Notes under the pieces: model-generated | The model's database searches: none | What the model was told of the DNA's origin: nothing | Seen by the model: the letters and a program-made list of their open reading frames with translations, nothing else | Shown here: piece after piece, positions 1 through 10,094 of the stretch | Numbering within the stretch: position 1 is the first letter of the stretch | Layout: every line of letters begins with the position of its first letter | From: Candidatus Oxydemutatoraceae bacterium | Lineage (GTDB): Bacteria > Pseudomonadota > Gammaproteobacteria > Poriferisulfidales > Oxydemutatoraceae | Assembly (NCBI GenBank): GCA_965219575.1 | Contig: OZ244779.1 | Span: 684,769-748,768, forward strand | Reading direction: 5' to 3' | DNA: 64,000 nt | Program-made: the position numbers and the translations under genes

Positions 1-651
1 CGGCACTGCCTTCAAGCGCAGGATGCCGGGGACATAACCCGATGTGCTTACGGTGACCCTGCGCCCCGGAATACCGTACGCAAGGTCGTCGGTCATCAAA
101 GATGCGGCGCGAATAACCGCATCAAAATTCAATAACGGCTCACCCATTCCCATAAACACCACATTGCTAACCTCGGTTTCACCCACCGCACGCAAACGAC
201 GATTAACCAGCCACAACTGGGCAGTAATCTCGCCGCAATCCAGATTGCGCTTGAAGCCTTGACGTGCGGTCGCACAAAAAGCACAGTTTAGTGCGCATCC
301 GACTTGGGTAGAAATACACAATGTGTTTCTCCGCTTCTCGGGAATTAATACGGTCTCTATCGGGTTGCCGTCTTTTAGTCTAAGCAACCATTTATAGGTG
401 CCGTCGGCAGCGCGTTGCTCTTTGACAATCGTCGGAAAATCCCAAGCCGACACTCGGGCGAGCTTGTCGCGCAGTGTTGCTTTAAGATCGTGCATCCGGT
501 TATAATCGCATACCCCTAAACGGTGTATATATTTGATTACCGATTTTGCATGCACCGCCTTTTCACCCAAAGCCGAGCATAAGTCGGCTAGTTCTTCGTG
601 CCTTAATGCCAACGGGTTTATCGGTGTGCGAGTAGCAACATTATTACTCAA
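1..651 (-). CDS. rlmN: 23S rRNA/tRNA m2A methyltransferase RlmN (5' part; runs off window start)
   Basis: Manual minus-strand translation from TTG overlapping the ndk stop: [14 protein letters not shown]...; contains [19 protein letters not shown] (radical SAM CxxxCxxC) and [11 protein letters not shown]; canonical ndk-rlmN order. Confidence 0.93.
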   Translation of the reverse strand, partial: MSNNVATRTPINPLALRHEELADLCSALGEKAVHAKSVIKYIHRLGVCDYNRMHDLKATLRDKLARVSAWDFPTIVKEQRAADGTYKWLLRLKDGNPIETVLIPEKRRNTLCISTQVGCALNCAFCATARQGFKRNLDCGEITAQLWLVNRRLRAVGETEVSNVVFMGMGEPLLNFDAVIRAASLMTDDLAYGIPGRRVTVSTSGYVPGILRLKAVP

Positions 652-1079
652 AAAGTCCGCTTGCATATCTCCGCTTCATTAAAAAAGAAGGCGATCTCGG
701 TTTGTGCAGTCTCGGGTGCATCGGAACCATGCACCGCATTTTGATCGATATTGCTGGCAAAGTCCTTTCGGATAGTGCCGTCAGCCGCTTCCTGCGGATT
801 CGTCGCTCCCATCAACTCACGGTTGCGCGCTATAACATTCTCGCCCTCCAACACCTGCACCATAACCGGACCCGATGTCATAAATTTCACCAAATCCTTG
901 AAAAACGGACGCGCCTTATGAACCGCATAAAACCCCATCGCCTGCAACTCGGACAACTGCATCATCCTCGCCGCCACAATCCGTATGCCCGCCGCCTCGA
1001 AGCGAGCGTAAATCTCGCCGATATGATTCGCCGCAACCGCATCGGGTTTGATAATAGACAAAGTTCTCTCTATTGCCAT
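648..1079 (-). CDS. ndk: Nucleoside diphosphate kinase
   Basis: [12 protein letters not shown]...NAVHGSD motifs, 143 aa. Confidence 0.98.
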   Translation of the reverse strand: MAIERTLSIIKPDAVAANHIGEIYARFEAAGIRIVAARMMQLSELQAMGFYAVHKARPFFKDLVKFMTSGPVMVQVLEGENVIARNRELMGATNPQEAADGTIRKDFASNIDQNAVHGSDAPETAQTEIAFFFNEAEICKRTF

Positions 1080-1091
1080 CGTTGTTCTCCT

Positions 1092-1292
1092 CTAGTCTTT
1101 TTCCTCTATCCACGCCATTTGAATCGCCTCTAGAATCCTCTCACCGGAATGTTTAGGATCGTCGTCGAAGTCTTCAAGCTCGCAGACCCATTGATATAAA
1201 TCGGTAAAACGCACCCCTTGCGGATCCACATCCGGATGCGCCTCGTCCAAAGCAATCGCAATCTCACGACTGTCCGTCCACTTTAGTGCCAT
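1092..1292 (-). CDS. iscX: Fe-S assembly protein IscX (YfhJ)
   Basis: [15 protein letters not shown]...VRFTDL...[12 protein letters not shown], 66 aa. Confidence 0.93.
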   Translation of the reverse strand: MALKWTDSREIAIALDEAHPDVDPQGVRFTDLYQWVCELEDFDDDPKHSGERILEAIQMAWIEEKD

Positions 1293-1380
1293 AATGTTCT
1301 CCTTGTGTCTATGATAATTCGGTACGATGCTATGCCGATTGTACCACTACTCGTAGTGGTAGGCTATTATAGTGCTAGTA

Positions 1381-1427
1381 CATTCCCCCCTTCAGAGAGT
1401 AGCAGGCGTAGCCTGACGAGGTGGTTG
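1381..1427 (-). repeat. Double-hairpin repeat (family B), degenerate copy
   Basis: Reverse complement resembles CAACCACCCCGTCAGGCnnnGCCTGCCACCCCTCCAnAGGAGGGGAATG seen at 15349, 23817, 23912, 29212. Confidence 0.75.
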
Positions 1428-1433
1428 TATCGT

Positions 1434-1731
1434 GGGGCTGTTGAAAAAGTACTGTTTCTGCACAACTGCAACCGCTTGCGCCGTGAATTTATAATAACCA
1501 CCAAGCCGTAGGGGCAGACCTGTGTGTCTGCCCTTAAGTGCCGTTCTGCACAGCCGCAACCGCTTGCGCCATTTGGTTTTGGTTTCCATAAATCAGATGA
1601 ATGAATGTATAAATCGTCCATGCATAACGCGTTACGGGCGGACATGAAAGTCCGCCCCTACGGCGGTTTACAAATGTTCATGGCGCACAGCGATTGGGTT
1701 TGAGCAATGCCCGTACTTTTTCAACAGCCCC
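1434..1731. mobile_element. MITE-like element (family A) with two internal GTAG-REP hairpins
   Basis: Ends GGGGCTGTTGAAAAAGTAC...GTACTTTTTCAACAGCCCC; internal GTAGGGGCAGACCTGTGTGTCTGCCC and inverted GGGCGGACATGAAAGTCCGCCCCTAC; related copies at 15134, 23602, 29172, 36937. Confidence 0.8.
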
Positions 1732-1802
1732 GTCGTATCCGCACTATTTAATTCCCCCTCTGTGGAGGGTGGCAAGTGCAATGACCCTAGGCGGTAAATC
1801 GA

Positions 1803-2344
1803 CTACAGATCGGAAGCCCATTCGTCGGCAAAACTCTCTGCTTGCTTCAAAACATTGTGTGTTGCAATCTCTTGTTTGTCGGGCGGATAACCGTATTTAC
1901 GCAGCACGCCTTTCACCGCAACACGAAGCCCCGCTTGCACGCTTTCTCTAACAGTCCAATCAATAGTAGCTCCCTTCTTCACTTTTTCAACTAAAATTCT
2001 TGCAATATCTCGCAGTGTGTCATCTCCCAGCACCCTTTTTGCGCTATCATTGTCGGCAAGCGCATCATAAAACGCCAATTCCTCTTGCGAAAGCCCATAT
2101 CTCTCACCTCGTTTATCGGCATCTGTTATCTCTTTGGCAATTCTTATCAGTTCTTCGATGATTTGTGCCGTGGTTAACAAATTATTCCGATATTTCTTAA
2201 TCACAGCATCCAACATCTCCGAAAGTTTCCTACCTTGAATAAAATTCTTTTTAATCCTTGCTTTGATTTCATCGTTAAGAATTTTTTTCAAAAGTTCTAG
2301 GGCTAGATTTTTATGTTGCATACCTCGCACTTCCTCTAAAAACT
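1803..2344 (-). pseudogene. hsdR: HsdR C-terminal fragment, separated by IS insertion
   Basis: FLEEVRGMQHKNLALELLKKIL...AFYDAL...IDWTVRESVQA...LRKYGYPPD continues the HsdR frame after the duplicated FLEEV target. Confidence 0.9.
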
Positions 2345-2441
2345 TGTAAGCGCAAAGTAGTAATGTCACCTTTCGCCAAAGTAGAAATGTCACCTTTAGG
2401 GGACAATAAAGCATTTTTAACCCAGCTTAGGAGAAGATGCA

Positions 2442-3647
2442 ATGAACGAAGGAACTTACTCTATGTCAGACAAAGAAATAGAACGCCACCATGTCCTCAA
2501 GCGATGCTTGGAGGAAAAATTACCGAGAGCCAAGGCCGCACAGATGCTCAACATCAGCGTCCGCCATGTGAAGCGATTATTAAGTGCCTATCGCAAGCAA
2601 GATATCAAGGCACTGATATCTAAACGACGCGGTAAGCCTTCAAACAATAAAATACCGGAGACAATCAAACAACTAGCCGTTAAGCTCATTCGTGAGAACT
2701 ATCACGATTTCGGACCGACTTTTGCACATGAGCAGTTGTTTGAATGTCATGGGCATTTATTTGACCGCTCATTCAGCGTTGAAACCTTGCGCAAGTGGAT
2801 GATTGCAGAGGGGCTACACCAGGGTAAGCGACGCAATGCAATCAAAACGCATCAAAGCCGTCCCAGACAAACTGGCTTCGGCAAACTCATACAGATTGAC
2901 GGTTCGACCCACGATTGGTTTGAAGGGCGAGGCGACCCCTGCACGCTCATTATATTTATTGACGATGCCACCTCACAGATTACCGCATTGCATTTCTGTG
3001 CTGCCGAGACCACCTTTGATTATATGCGAACACTCAAACAGCATATCCAACGCCATGGCTGCCCGTTGTGCCTGTATTCCGACCGCCATAGCATCTTTAG
3101 CAACAATGCCAAAGAGCAACACATCTTTCAACAACCGACCCAGTTCCAAAGTGCTTTGCAACAAATGGAAATTGAACTATGCCTGGCACGCACACCGCAA
3201 GCTAAAGGACGCGTTGAACGCGCATTCAAAACCCTGCAAGACCGATGGGTCAAACTCATGAGGCTTCACAACATCTGCTCTATTGAGGAAGCTAACCAGT
3301 TTGCTCAATGGTATCTCCCAAAACACAATCAGCAGTTCGCCACGAAGCCTCTAGACAGCCACGACTATCATCGCAAAATGCCTCTCACCCAGCGAGAATT
3401 AGCACTGGCTTTGTCTAAACAGAGTACTAGAAAGTTATCGAAAAACCTCATCTGTCAGCATCATAATATACAGTATCTTATCAAAACCAAGAAACCCGGT
3501 TATGCGATGCGTGGCGCATCGGTCACCGTGTGCGAGCTACTCAATGGCGAGATTGTCATACTCTACAAAGGGCGGGAGTTGGCGCATGATATCTACTGCG
3601 AACACCCCCACTGTCTCAACCGTACAACGACAAAACAATCAATCTAG
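2442..3647 (+). CDS. DDE transposase, ISNCY/IS1202 type (C-terminus apparently frameshifted; alternative frame ends 3751)
   Basis: N-terminal HTH; IQIDGSTHDWFE, FIDDAT, YSDRHSIF, PQAKGRVERAFKTLQDR; the KP..HPWR tail is in another frame after a C run at ~3605. Confidence 0.92.
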   Translation: MNEGTYSMSDKEIERHHVLKRCLEEKLPRAKAAQMLNISVRHVKRLLSAYRKQDIKALISKRRGKPSNNKIPETIKQLAVKLIRENYHDFGPTFAHEQLFECHGHLFDRSFSVETLRKWMIAEGLHQGKRRNAIKTHQSRPRQTGFGKLIQIDGSTHDWFEGRGDPCTLIIFIDDATSQITALHFCAAETTFDYMRTLKQHIQRHGCPLCLYSDRHSIFSNNAKEQHIFQQPTQFQSALQQMEIELCLARTPQAKGRVERAFKTLQDRWVKLMRLHNICSIEEANQFAQWYLPKHNQQFATKPLDSHDYHRKMPLTQRELALALSKQSTRKLSKNLICQHHNIQYLIKTKKPGYAMRGASVTVCELLNGEIVILYKGRELAHDIYCEHPHCLNRTTTKQSI

Positions 3648-3856
3648 CGGTAGATGAGATTGTGGCAAAACACCGTCGCGGTCATAAGCCGAAGCCGACC
3701 CACCCGTGGAGACGCTACAATAAGGATTATCTCAGTGCCAAGCAGAAGTAATCAGAACCGGTGTTTTCCCAGACTTACGCACAGGCTGTCTAACATGCCT
3801 GTGCCACTGCAAACGCATCATTCGTCAAACCACGAGATAGCAACCGAGCACCACAC

Positions 3857-4113
3857 ACGCTCTAAAATGCTTGGGAATTGGAAGGTAGTAGAGTTCATCT
3901 CAACTAGAGATCGTCTCTTAACGGCACGCTATAGAGCTTGTTTTTTAGTCGGCAAGCCTGATTTAGGCAAAAACAAGCACTGGCACCGCATACGCTCTAA
4001 AATGCTTGGAAATTGGAAGGTAGTAGAGTTCATCTCAACTAGAGATCGTCTCTTAACGGCACGCTATGGGGCTTGTTTTTTAGTCGGCAAGCCTGATTTA
4101 GGCAAAAACAAGC
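3857..4113. repeat. Tandem duplication of ~122 bp (period 135 bp) inside the IS
   Basis: ACGCTCTAAAATGCTTGG...AAAAACAAGC at 3857 and 3992, about 3 mismatches. Confidence 0.92.
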
Positions 4114-4177
4114 AGTATTAGCCAATTTATCACCTAGTCGAATAATCAACTAACGGACATAAAGTAATCTTAGATAT

Positions 4178-6904
4178 CTAGTTTCCTGAAGGTTTTATCG
4201 GCATCAAGGGTGACATTTCTACTTTGGTCAAGGGGGTGACATTTCTACTTTGGGTTGACACTTCCTCTAAAAACTCGTCGGAAAGAATAGAAATGTCGGG
4301 CTTCTTGATTCCCGCTGCATCAAAAATGTCGATAACCTCGTCGGTCGCAATCGCTTTATCAACGATTTGTTTAATTGCCGTTTCTATCTCGACATCGCTT
4401 TTCCCGTCATCCGACGATTCTAGTTTTATTAGTCTAGCTTTCACCGCTTCAAAAAAGCCTAGCTCATCTCTGATTTTCGCTGCCTCGTCGCTAGGCACCG
4501 AGAGCGCAAATGTTTTTGCTAGTACCGAGACTTGTTCTATATACCTTTTCTTGCCATCGTCCAAATTGAGTATATGCTCCTGCGCCTCCAAAATGATGGT
4601 CAGTTTTCTCCCAGTATCGGCAGCGAAGTATCGCTTGTAGTCAAAACCATTGAACAACTGCACAACGATTTCGTATTTTTCCATCATCGTTGCAATTGCG
4701 GTTTCCTGTTCCAATGCAGGTTTCCCTCGCCCACCACTATTCGTATAAATCGCAAGTGCCTGTTTCAAGTCGTGAGCAATTCCGATGTAATCCACCACAA
4801 GTCCGCCGGGTTTATTTTTATAGACCCTGTTGACGCGCGCAATCGCCTGCATAAGATTATGCCCACGCATCGGTTTGTCTATATACATCGTATGTAAAGA
4901 CGGTGCATCAAAACCGGTCAACCACATATCCCGCACGATAACCAGCTTCAAAGAATCCGTGGGATCCTTAAACCGATCCCCCAATTCTTTCTTTTGCCTC
5001 TTGGTTGTGCGATGCGGCTGATAACTTGACGGGTCGCTTGAATTAGAAGTCATAATGACCTTTATCCGCCCTTTCTCAAGATCGGTATCATGCCAATCCG
5101 GACGAAACTTAGTAATCATGTCGTATAGCGCAACGGCAATACGCCGGCTCATTGCAACAATGATGCCTTTGCCTTCAAGTGCTTTTTGTCGTTCCTCAGA
5201 ATGCTCAACGATGTCTTGTGCAACTACTTTCAGCCGTTCCTCATTACCTACGATCGCTTCCATTTGCGCCCATTTTGCCTTCGCTTTCTCCGTAGCGGTG
5301 AACTCCTGATCTTCGGTAATCTGTTCAACCTCATCATCCAGCTTTTGCATTTCCTCCGGCTTCAGATGCACATGCGCAAGACGCGACGCATAGTAAATGG
5401 GAATAGTTGCCCCATCTTCCACCGATTGTTGAATATCATAAATGTCAATATAATTGCCGAAAATTGCCGGTGTTGAAATGTCCGCTCTCTCAATCGGTGT
5501 TCCGGTAAAGCCGATGAAAGAAGCGTTCGGTAAGGCATCCCGCAGATACTTAGCAAAACCATAGCGTATAGATACTCGATTATCTTTTATGCCGGTTATC
5601 GCTTTGAAGCCGTATTGAGAGCGATGCGCCTCATCGGCAATAACAACGATGTTTTCGCGTTTTGAGAGTAGTTCAAATTGCTCTCTATCCTCTTCGGGAG
5701 AAAATTTTTGAATCGTTGTAAAAACGATGCCACTGCCTCGTGTTTGCAAAAGTTTTTTTAAGTGATCGCGAGATTGCGCTTGCACCGGTTCTTTTATTAG
5801 TAATTGCCGACTCGCCGCAAATGCCCCGAACAACTGGTCGTCAAGATCATTTCTATCGGTCAGCACGAGCAAGATCGGATTCTTCATACGCGCATCTCCC
5901 ATCAACCTGCCGGCATAAAAAACCATAGAAAGCGATTTGCCGCTGCCTTGCGTGTGCCAAACAACACCGACTTTTCTATCACCCGCCGGTTGGGTATCGA
6001 CCATCGGCAAATCGGAGTCCTTGGGTGCTTTCTTCGCTGCTTCGGAAACTCCCGTAGCAGTCGCCCGAATGGTTGACTCCACTGCCTTGCACACTGCGTA
6101 ATACTGATGGTATGCAGCAATTTTTTTGCTGGTTTCGGCTTGCGATTTTTCAAAAACCGTAAACTGCTTGATAAGGTCAAGAAGCACATCGGGACGAAGC
6201 ATCCCTTTAATAAGCGTTTCTACCTGTGGTGTCGTGCTTTTATCCTCTCTGACACCGTCAACGGTTTTCCATGCCATGAAACGGTCCATGCCTGCCGTGA
6301 GCGAACCTGCTCTGGCATCGAGACCATCCGACGCAACCAAAACCCCGTTGTAGTAAAACAAACTCGGCGCAGCCTTCTTATAATTCTGTAACTGAGTATA
6401 TGCTTTTTTAACCGTAGCCTTCTCATCGGTAGGGTTTTTGAGTTCAATCACAACCAAAGGTAAACCGTTGATTAATAAAACCACATCGGGGCGTATCTTT
6501 GTCTTATTTTTATTCTCTACGACGGTATACTGATTGCAAACGATGAGATCGTTGTTCATCGGGTTTTCAAAATCAACCAACATGACCTTACCACCGACCG
6601 TGTCGCCTTCTTTTTGGTATTCCAACGCAAAACCCTCAATCAAGTACCGATGAAAAGTCTCATTGTTTTCAATCATGCTCTGACTGGATAATCCTAAAAC
6701 TTCTCGTAGCGCATATTCCCGCTCATCTTCGGGAATATCGGGATTAAGGCGAGTGACGGCATCCTTTAGATGCTTTCGGCAAACAACCTCCGAAAAATCA
6801 CCACGCGCCCGCTCCTGTTCCTCCGGTGAAAGATAGGTATACCCCTGCGCCTGCAAAAGCTCTATCACCCACTCTTCAACTTCGGATTCGTAGAGGGAAA
6901 GCAT
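4178..6904 (-). pseudogene. hsdR: Type I restriction enzyme R subunit, N-terminal ~888 aa, interrupted by IS
   Basis: RPDVVLLINGLPLVVIELK nuclease motif, WHTQGSGKS, DEAHRSQY, FTGTP, MWLTGFD, QAIARVNR; last ~20 aa are IS-derived. Confidence 0.93.
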
Positions 6905-6930
6905 GATTGTTGATTGTGAAGATTGGTGCT
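6883..6930. repeat. 48 bp direct repeat, copy 1 (hsdR start plus upstream)
   Basis: CGGATTCGTAGAGGGAAAGCATGA..GTTGATTGTGAAGATTGGTGCT also at 10019-10066 (2 mismatches). Confidence 0.9.
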
Positions 6931-6973
6931 GTATTTAGGGCAAGCATACACCGATAGAGAACAAACTACGACA

Positions 6974-8713
6974 CTAGTCGTATTCCAATTCTACCCGCCT
7001 ACCTAATAACTTACCTTCTTCGGATTCATCGTTTAGTTTACAAACCGTGTTTTGTCTTATAAAAGCCTGAACCGGTTCAGCTAAGGTTATTAAGTCCTTC
7101 TGGTTGATACTCGCTATATATTGTTTATCCTTAAATTTATCGCGAACAATATCAAACAACACCTCACAATGTGTTTCATCAATATCGCTGAATAACCTGC
7201 TGTCATGAAAAATAAAATCTATATGATGATTGTTAGCACCGAATAGCACACATAAGTCATAACAAAACAATTTGACACTATTAATTCCATCGGAAGAATC
7301 CGATTGTATTTTTGCTTCTATATTATATCTAATTTGATTTTCCCCTTCGTTATTGACAATCGTGATACCGGCTAGTTCATCGGGGTAAAATTTCTTTGCC
7401 AAAGTCCTAAAATCGTTATTAATAGATTCTAAAAAAGATTCGTTTATTTCCAAGTATTCGGTTGTTTTGCCGTTTTCGTCTACTAGACTTTGTTCTAATT
7501 TTTTTATTTCCTTCTTACATTCTTTCTGAAATTTTTGATAAGAAACCAACTTTTCTCTTTTTTGTTTTAGCTCGCTTAATTGTTTGTTCTTTTCAACAAA
7601 AACATCCAATGCGCCATGTGCCCCGAGGAACGCCAAGGTTTCGTCAAATTGTGTTTGTGATTTTGCCGCCTCTGCTTCTAACTTTTCTAACTCGCTCATA
7701 ATTGACCGTTTTTGCTCCGCTAATCTTTTTGTACGATTAGTCTTCAAATCCATATAAAATTTTTCTAAATCCGATAACCTCTTTTCTACTTTAACTAGAA
7801 ATACCTTTTTAGACTCTTCGTATATTTTTTTAATGTCCTTCTGATCTATATCAACTTCAAAGCGTAAACTCTGATCGATCCGCTTTATGGTACTTTTATG
7901 TAGATAAATTTGCTTTTGCTTCTCATCAATCAATTTTTTCAACTGATCCGCTTCTTCCTGACGCTGATAATAATCTTTGGCAACCCTATAGTTTTTTAGA
8001 TCTTTCTCCAACTTTTTAATTCTCTCCTCTATATCCGTAAGCAGTAATAGATAATCGTTACTCACATTTTGATTGTGACCGAAAAACCCTCTCATGATAG
8101 GATCCTTTTCTGTGTTTCGTAAGCTATTTCTTCGTATCGTTAAATCGTCTTTTAGTACTTTTTTCTTATCGGCTAAAAAGACATCCAAGCCTAATAAAAA
8201 AGCGTTGTAAAGTAGTTTTTGATACGATTGCTTAAATTTTTGAGGTTCATCATAATTTGTATATGAAGTTTTTGATGGTCTCAGAAAAAACGGCAGCAAA
8301 GAACGAAAAGTCAAGAACTTGAAACCTTCCTCTATATCAAAACATAGCTCTTGCATTCGTTGGTAAAATTCTGTCAGTTTCAAAGTTTCATCGTTCAACT
8401 CAATTAAGTTATGATTATCAACCGATCTTGTAATAATGTAGGACTTACCCTTTATGCTGAGCTTCAAGGTGAACTTCCAATCTTTTAAGTCATCACACGA
8501 ACTTAATGTTTTAGTGATGCCACTACTCGCACCGGCACCCAGACAAAAATCAACTAACGCAACTAAAAGAGATTTACCGACACCATTGTAGGTCTTCTTT
8601 TTATCACTCTGTCCGGGGTTTTTCTGTTCGGCAATAATAAAGCTAGCACCCGATGGATTAAAGTCTATTTTTTTGAAACTCTCTTGGTTTGCCGATATTG
8701 AAATTAAACGCAT
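6974..8713 (-). CDS. SMC-like ABC ATPase of ABC-three-component/Lamassu-like system (DUF2326-type, LmuB-like)
   Basis: Walker A YNGVGKS, long coiled coil, C-terminal SSDG...FCYD...FIFHDSRLFSDID. Confidence 0.82.
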   Translation of the reverse strand: MRLISISANQESFKKIDFNPSGASFIIAEQKNPGQSDKKKTYNGVGKSLLVALVDFCLGAGASSGITKTLSSCDDLKDWKFTLKLSIKGKSYIITRSVDNHNLIELNDETLKLTEFYQRMQELCFDIEEGFKFLTFRSLLPFFLRPSKTSYTNYDEPQKFKQSYQKLLYNAFLLGLDVFLADKKKVLKDDLTIRRNSLRNTEKDPIMRGFFGHNQNVSNDYLLLLTDIEERIKKLEKDLKNYRVAKDYYQRQEEADQLKKLIDEKQKQIYLHKSTIKRIDQSLRFEVDIDQKDIKKIYEESKKVFLVKVEKRLSDLEKFYMDLKTNRTKRLAEQKRSIMSELEKLEAEAAKSQTQFDETLAFLGAHGALDVFVEKNKQLSELKQKREKLVSYQKFQKECKKEIKKLEQSLVDENGKTTEYLEINESFLESINNDFRTLAKKFYPDELAGITIVNNEGENQIRYNIEAKIQSDSSDGINSVKLFCYDLCVLFGANNHHIDFIFHDSRLFSDIDETHCEVLFDIVRDKFKDKQYIASINQKDLITLAEPVQAFIRQNTVCKLNDESEEGKLLGRRVELEYD

Positions 8714-8946
8714 CTTTTTATAAGCCCGTCCTGTTCAAGAATACAATCTGCAACATATAAAAAAATCAAAGTCATAATCAAATTATCAAAAGTATGTTTC
8801 CCGGGATATTTCTTCTTCTTATAGTCCTTGCGATATTGTTGCCATAAATCATCAATACTTCGGGAACTATCAAGCAATGACAACACATAGGAACCGAACC
8901 CTAATAGGGACTTGGAAAAATTAATATTTTTTGTGGGTAATATCAT
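8704..8946 (-). CDS. ABC-3C middle component (LmuC-like)
   Basis: 80 aa MILPTKNINFSKSLLGFG...IDDLW...FDNLIMTLIFLY, overlaps both neighbours. Confidence 0.75.
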   Translation of the reverse strand: MILPTKNINFSKSLLGFGSYVLSLLDSSRSIDDLWQQYRKDYKKKKYPGKHTFDNLIMTLIFLYVADCILEQDGLIKRCV

Positions 8947-9836
8947 TTAGGCTCCTCAAAAATATCACAAATTTCAAAATACTTAGCCATTATTATAATC
9001 GCTGCAGATTGGAATAGTTGTTCCTGCCTATGACTAATAGTATTCATTATTTTCATAAATAATTTGTCTCCCGAAAACTCTCTCGCTTTATTGATATAAA
9101 TTTCTCTGACCCGATCCTTGACCTGTTCCGCAAAAAAATTACTATTGTTGTCAAGACATTCATCCAGTTCGGCAACATGTAAAAAACCCTGCTCCAAGTA
9201 TCTTTTCACTGCCTCCGATAAACCATTAAATTCGATCTTCTCACCCCAATTCGGATATTTAATGTCACCATCCTGAGTGTCGCTAATATCTATTTTCATT
9301 AGATGTGTTATTACTTCGTCTAAAACAGAATAGTCTAAGTGTATTTCTTCAGGATTGGGAAATGAACCGGTAATACTTAATATTTGGTCATCATCTAAAG
9401 AAGAGAAGACTAAATCTTCCAATTTATTAACACCCCAGACCTCTGTTTTTATATCGTAATTGCCGGCAATTTTCTCGACGGCTTGTAACAGATGCGGCGG
9501 CACTCCGTGATATTTATCGTTGATAACAAAATAATATGCTTTGATTTCTTTCCACTTTTTTAAAAGACCGGCAAAATCGGATTCTAGCTTCTTGACCCCA
9601 TTACCGAGAGATTTGCGTATGTCTTCCGGAGCATAGACCTGAAAATATATCCCTTGTGACGGAATATAACCATCAGTTTTGTAATCACCGATATTGCCCC
9701 ATGGTTTTATCCGTTGAAAATCCGGTTCTGCATAGTTCATAATACGAGCGAATAGATCCTCAAAAGATTTTCCTTCGGTTTCGTGTATTTTTAGCTTAAA
9801 GAGTATTCTGGCTAGATATTTTCCCTTGTCATCCAT
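8943..9836 (-). CDS. ABC-3C/Lamassu effector (LmuA-like): PD-(D/E)xK-like nuclease plus C-terminal domain
   Basis: GKSFEDLF...PWGNIGDYKTDGY...YFQVYAP; WGEKIEFNGLS; ends AKYFEICDIFEEP; likely start MDDKGKY at 9836. Confidence 0.78.
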   Translation of the reverse strand: MDDKGKYLARILFKLKIHETEGKSFEDLFARIMNYAEPDFQRIKPWGNIGDYKTDGYIPSQGIYFQVYAPEDIRKSLGNGVKKLESDFAGLLKKWKEIKAYYFVINDKYHGVPPHLLQAVEKIAGNYDIKTEVWGVNKLEDLVFSSLDDDQILSITGSFPNPEEIHLDYSVLDEVITHLMKIDISDTQDGDIKYPNWGEKIEFNGLSEAVKRYLEQGFLHVAELDECLDNNSNFFAEQVKDRVREIYINKAREFSGDKLFMKIMNTISHRQEQLFQSAAIIIMAKYFEICDIFEEPK

Positions 9837-9979
9837 TTTTCTGTATATTAAAAACTTCCGATTGAGTATTGAAATTATATTCGGTGCCAAAAGCAACGGG
9901 CAAAAACACATTATAGATTAAACGACACTTTGATAAGATAAATTTACACCTTATTTTGTAGGTGTTTTCTTATCCGACA

Positions 9980-10021
9980 TTAAAGCTGTTTTACCCGTGC
10001 CTCACCGTTCATCAGTTGCGG
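9980..10021 (-). pseudogene. 3'-terminal scar of a second hsdS
   Basis: Reads PQLMNGEARVKQL* versus PKLMNGQVRVGGF* at the end of the resident hsdS. Confidence 0.6.
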
Positions 10022-10066
10022 ATTCGTAGAGGGAAAGCATGAAGGTTGATTGTGAAGATTGGTGCT
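10019..10066. repeat. 48 bp direct repeat, copy 2 (orphan hsdR start)
   Basis: Matches 6883-6930; encodes MLSLYES then diverges. Confidence 0.9.
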
Positions 10067-10094
10067 TAGGTAGCAGTCTAGGAATGAGGAAATG

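Larger units (their letters stand above)
2345..4260 (+). mobile_element. IS1202-group (ISNCY) insertion sequence with 15 bp target-site duplication
   Basis: TGT...ACA ends; imperfect IRs with repeated AAAGTAGAAATGTCACC; direct repeat CTTCCTCTAAAAACT at 2330-2344 and 4261-4275. Confidence 0.9.

Noticed and set aside
1367-1645. Recurring small ORFs (METKTKWRKRL...) at 1392, 23481, 37077 etc. as a peptide family
   Set aside because: They are translations of the repeat modules with inconsistent frames and ends
3654-4121. 155 aa ORF in the IS as a passenger gene
   Set aside because: Overlaps the true transposase tail and is mostly a translation of the tandem duplication
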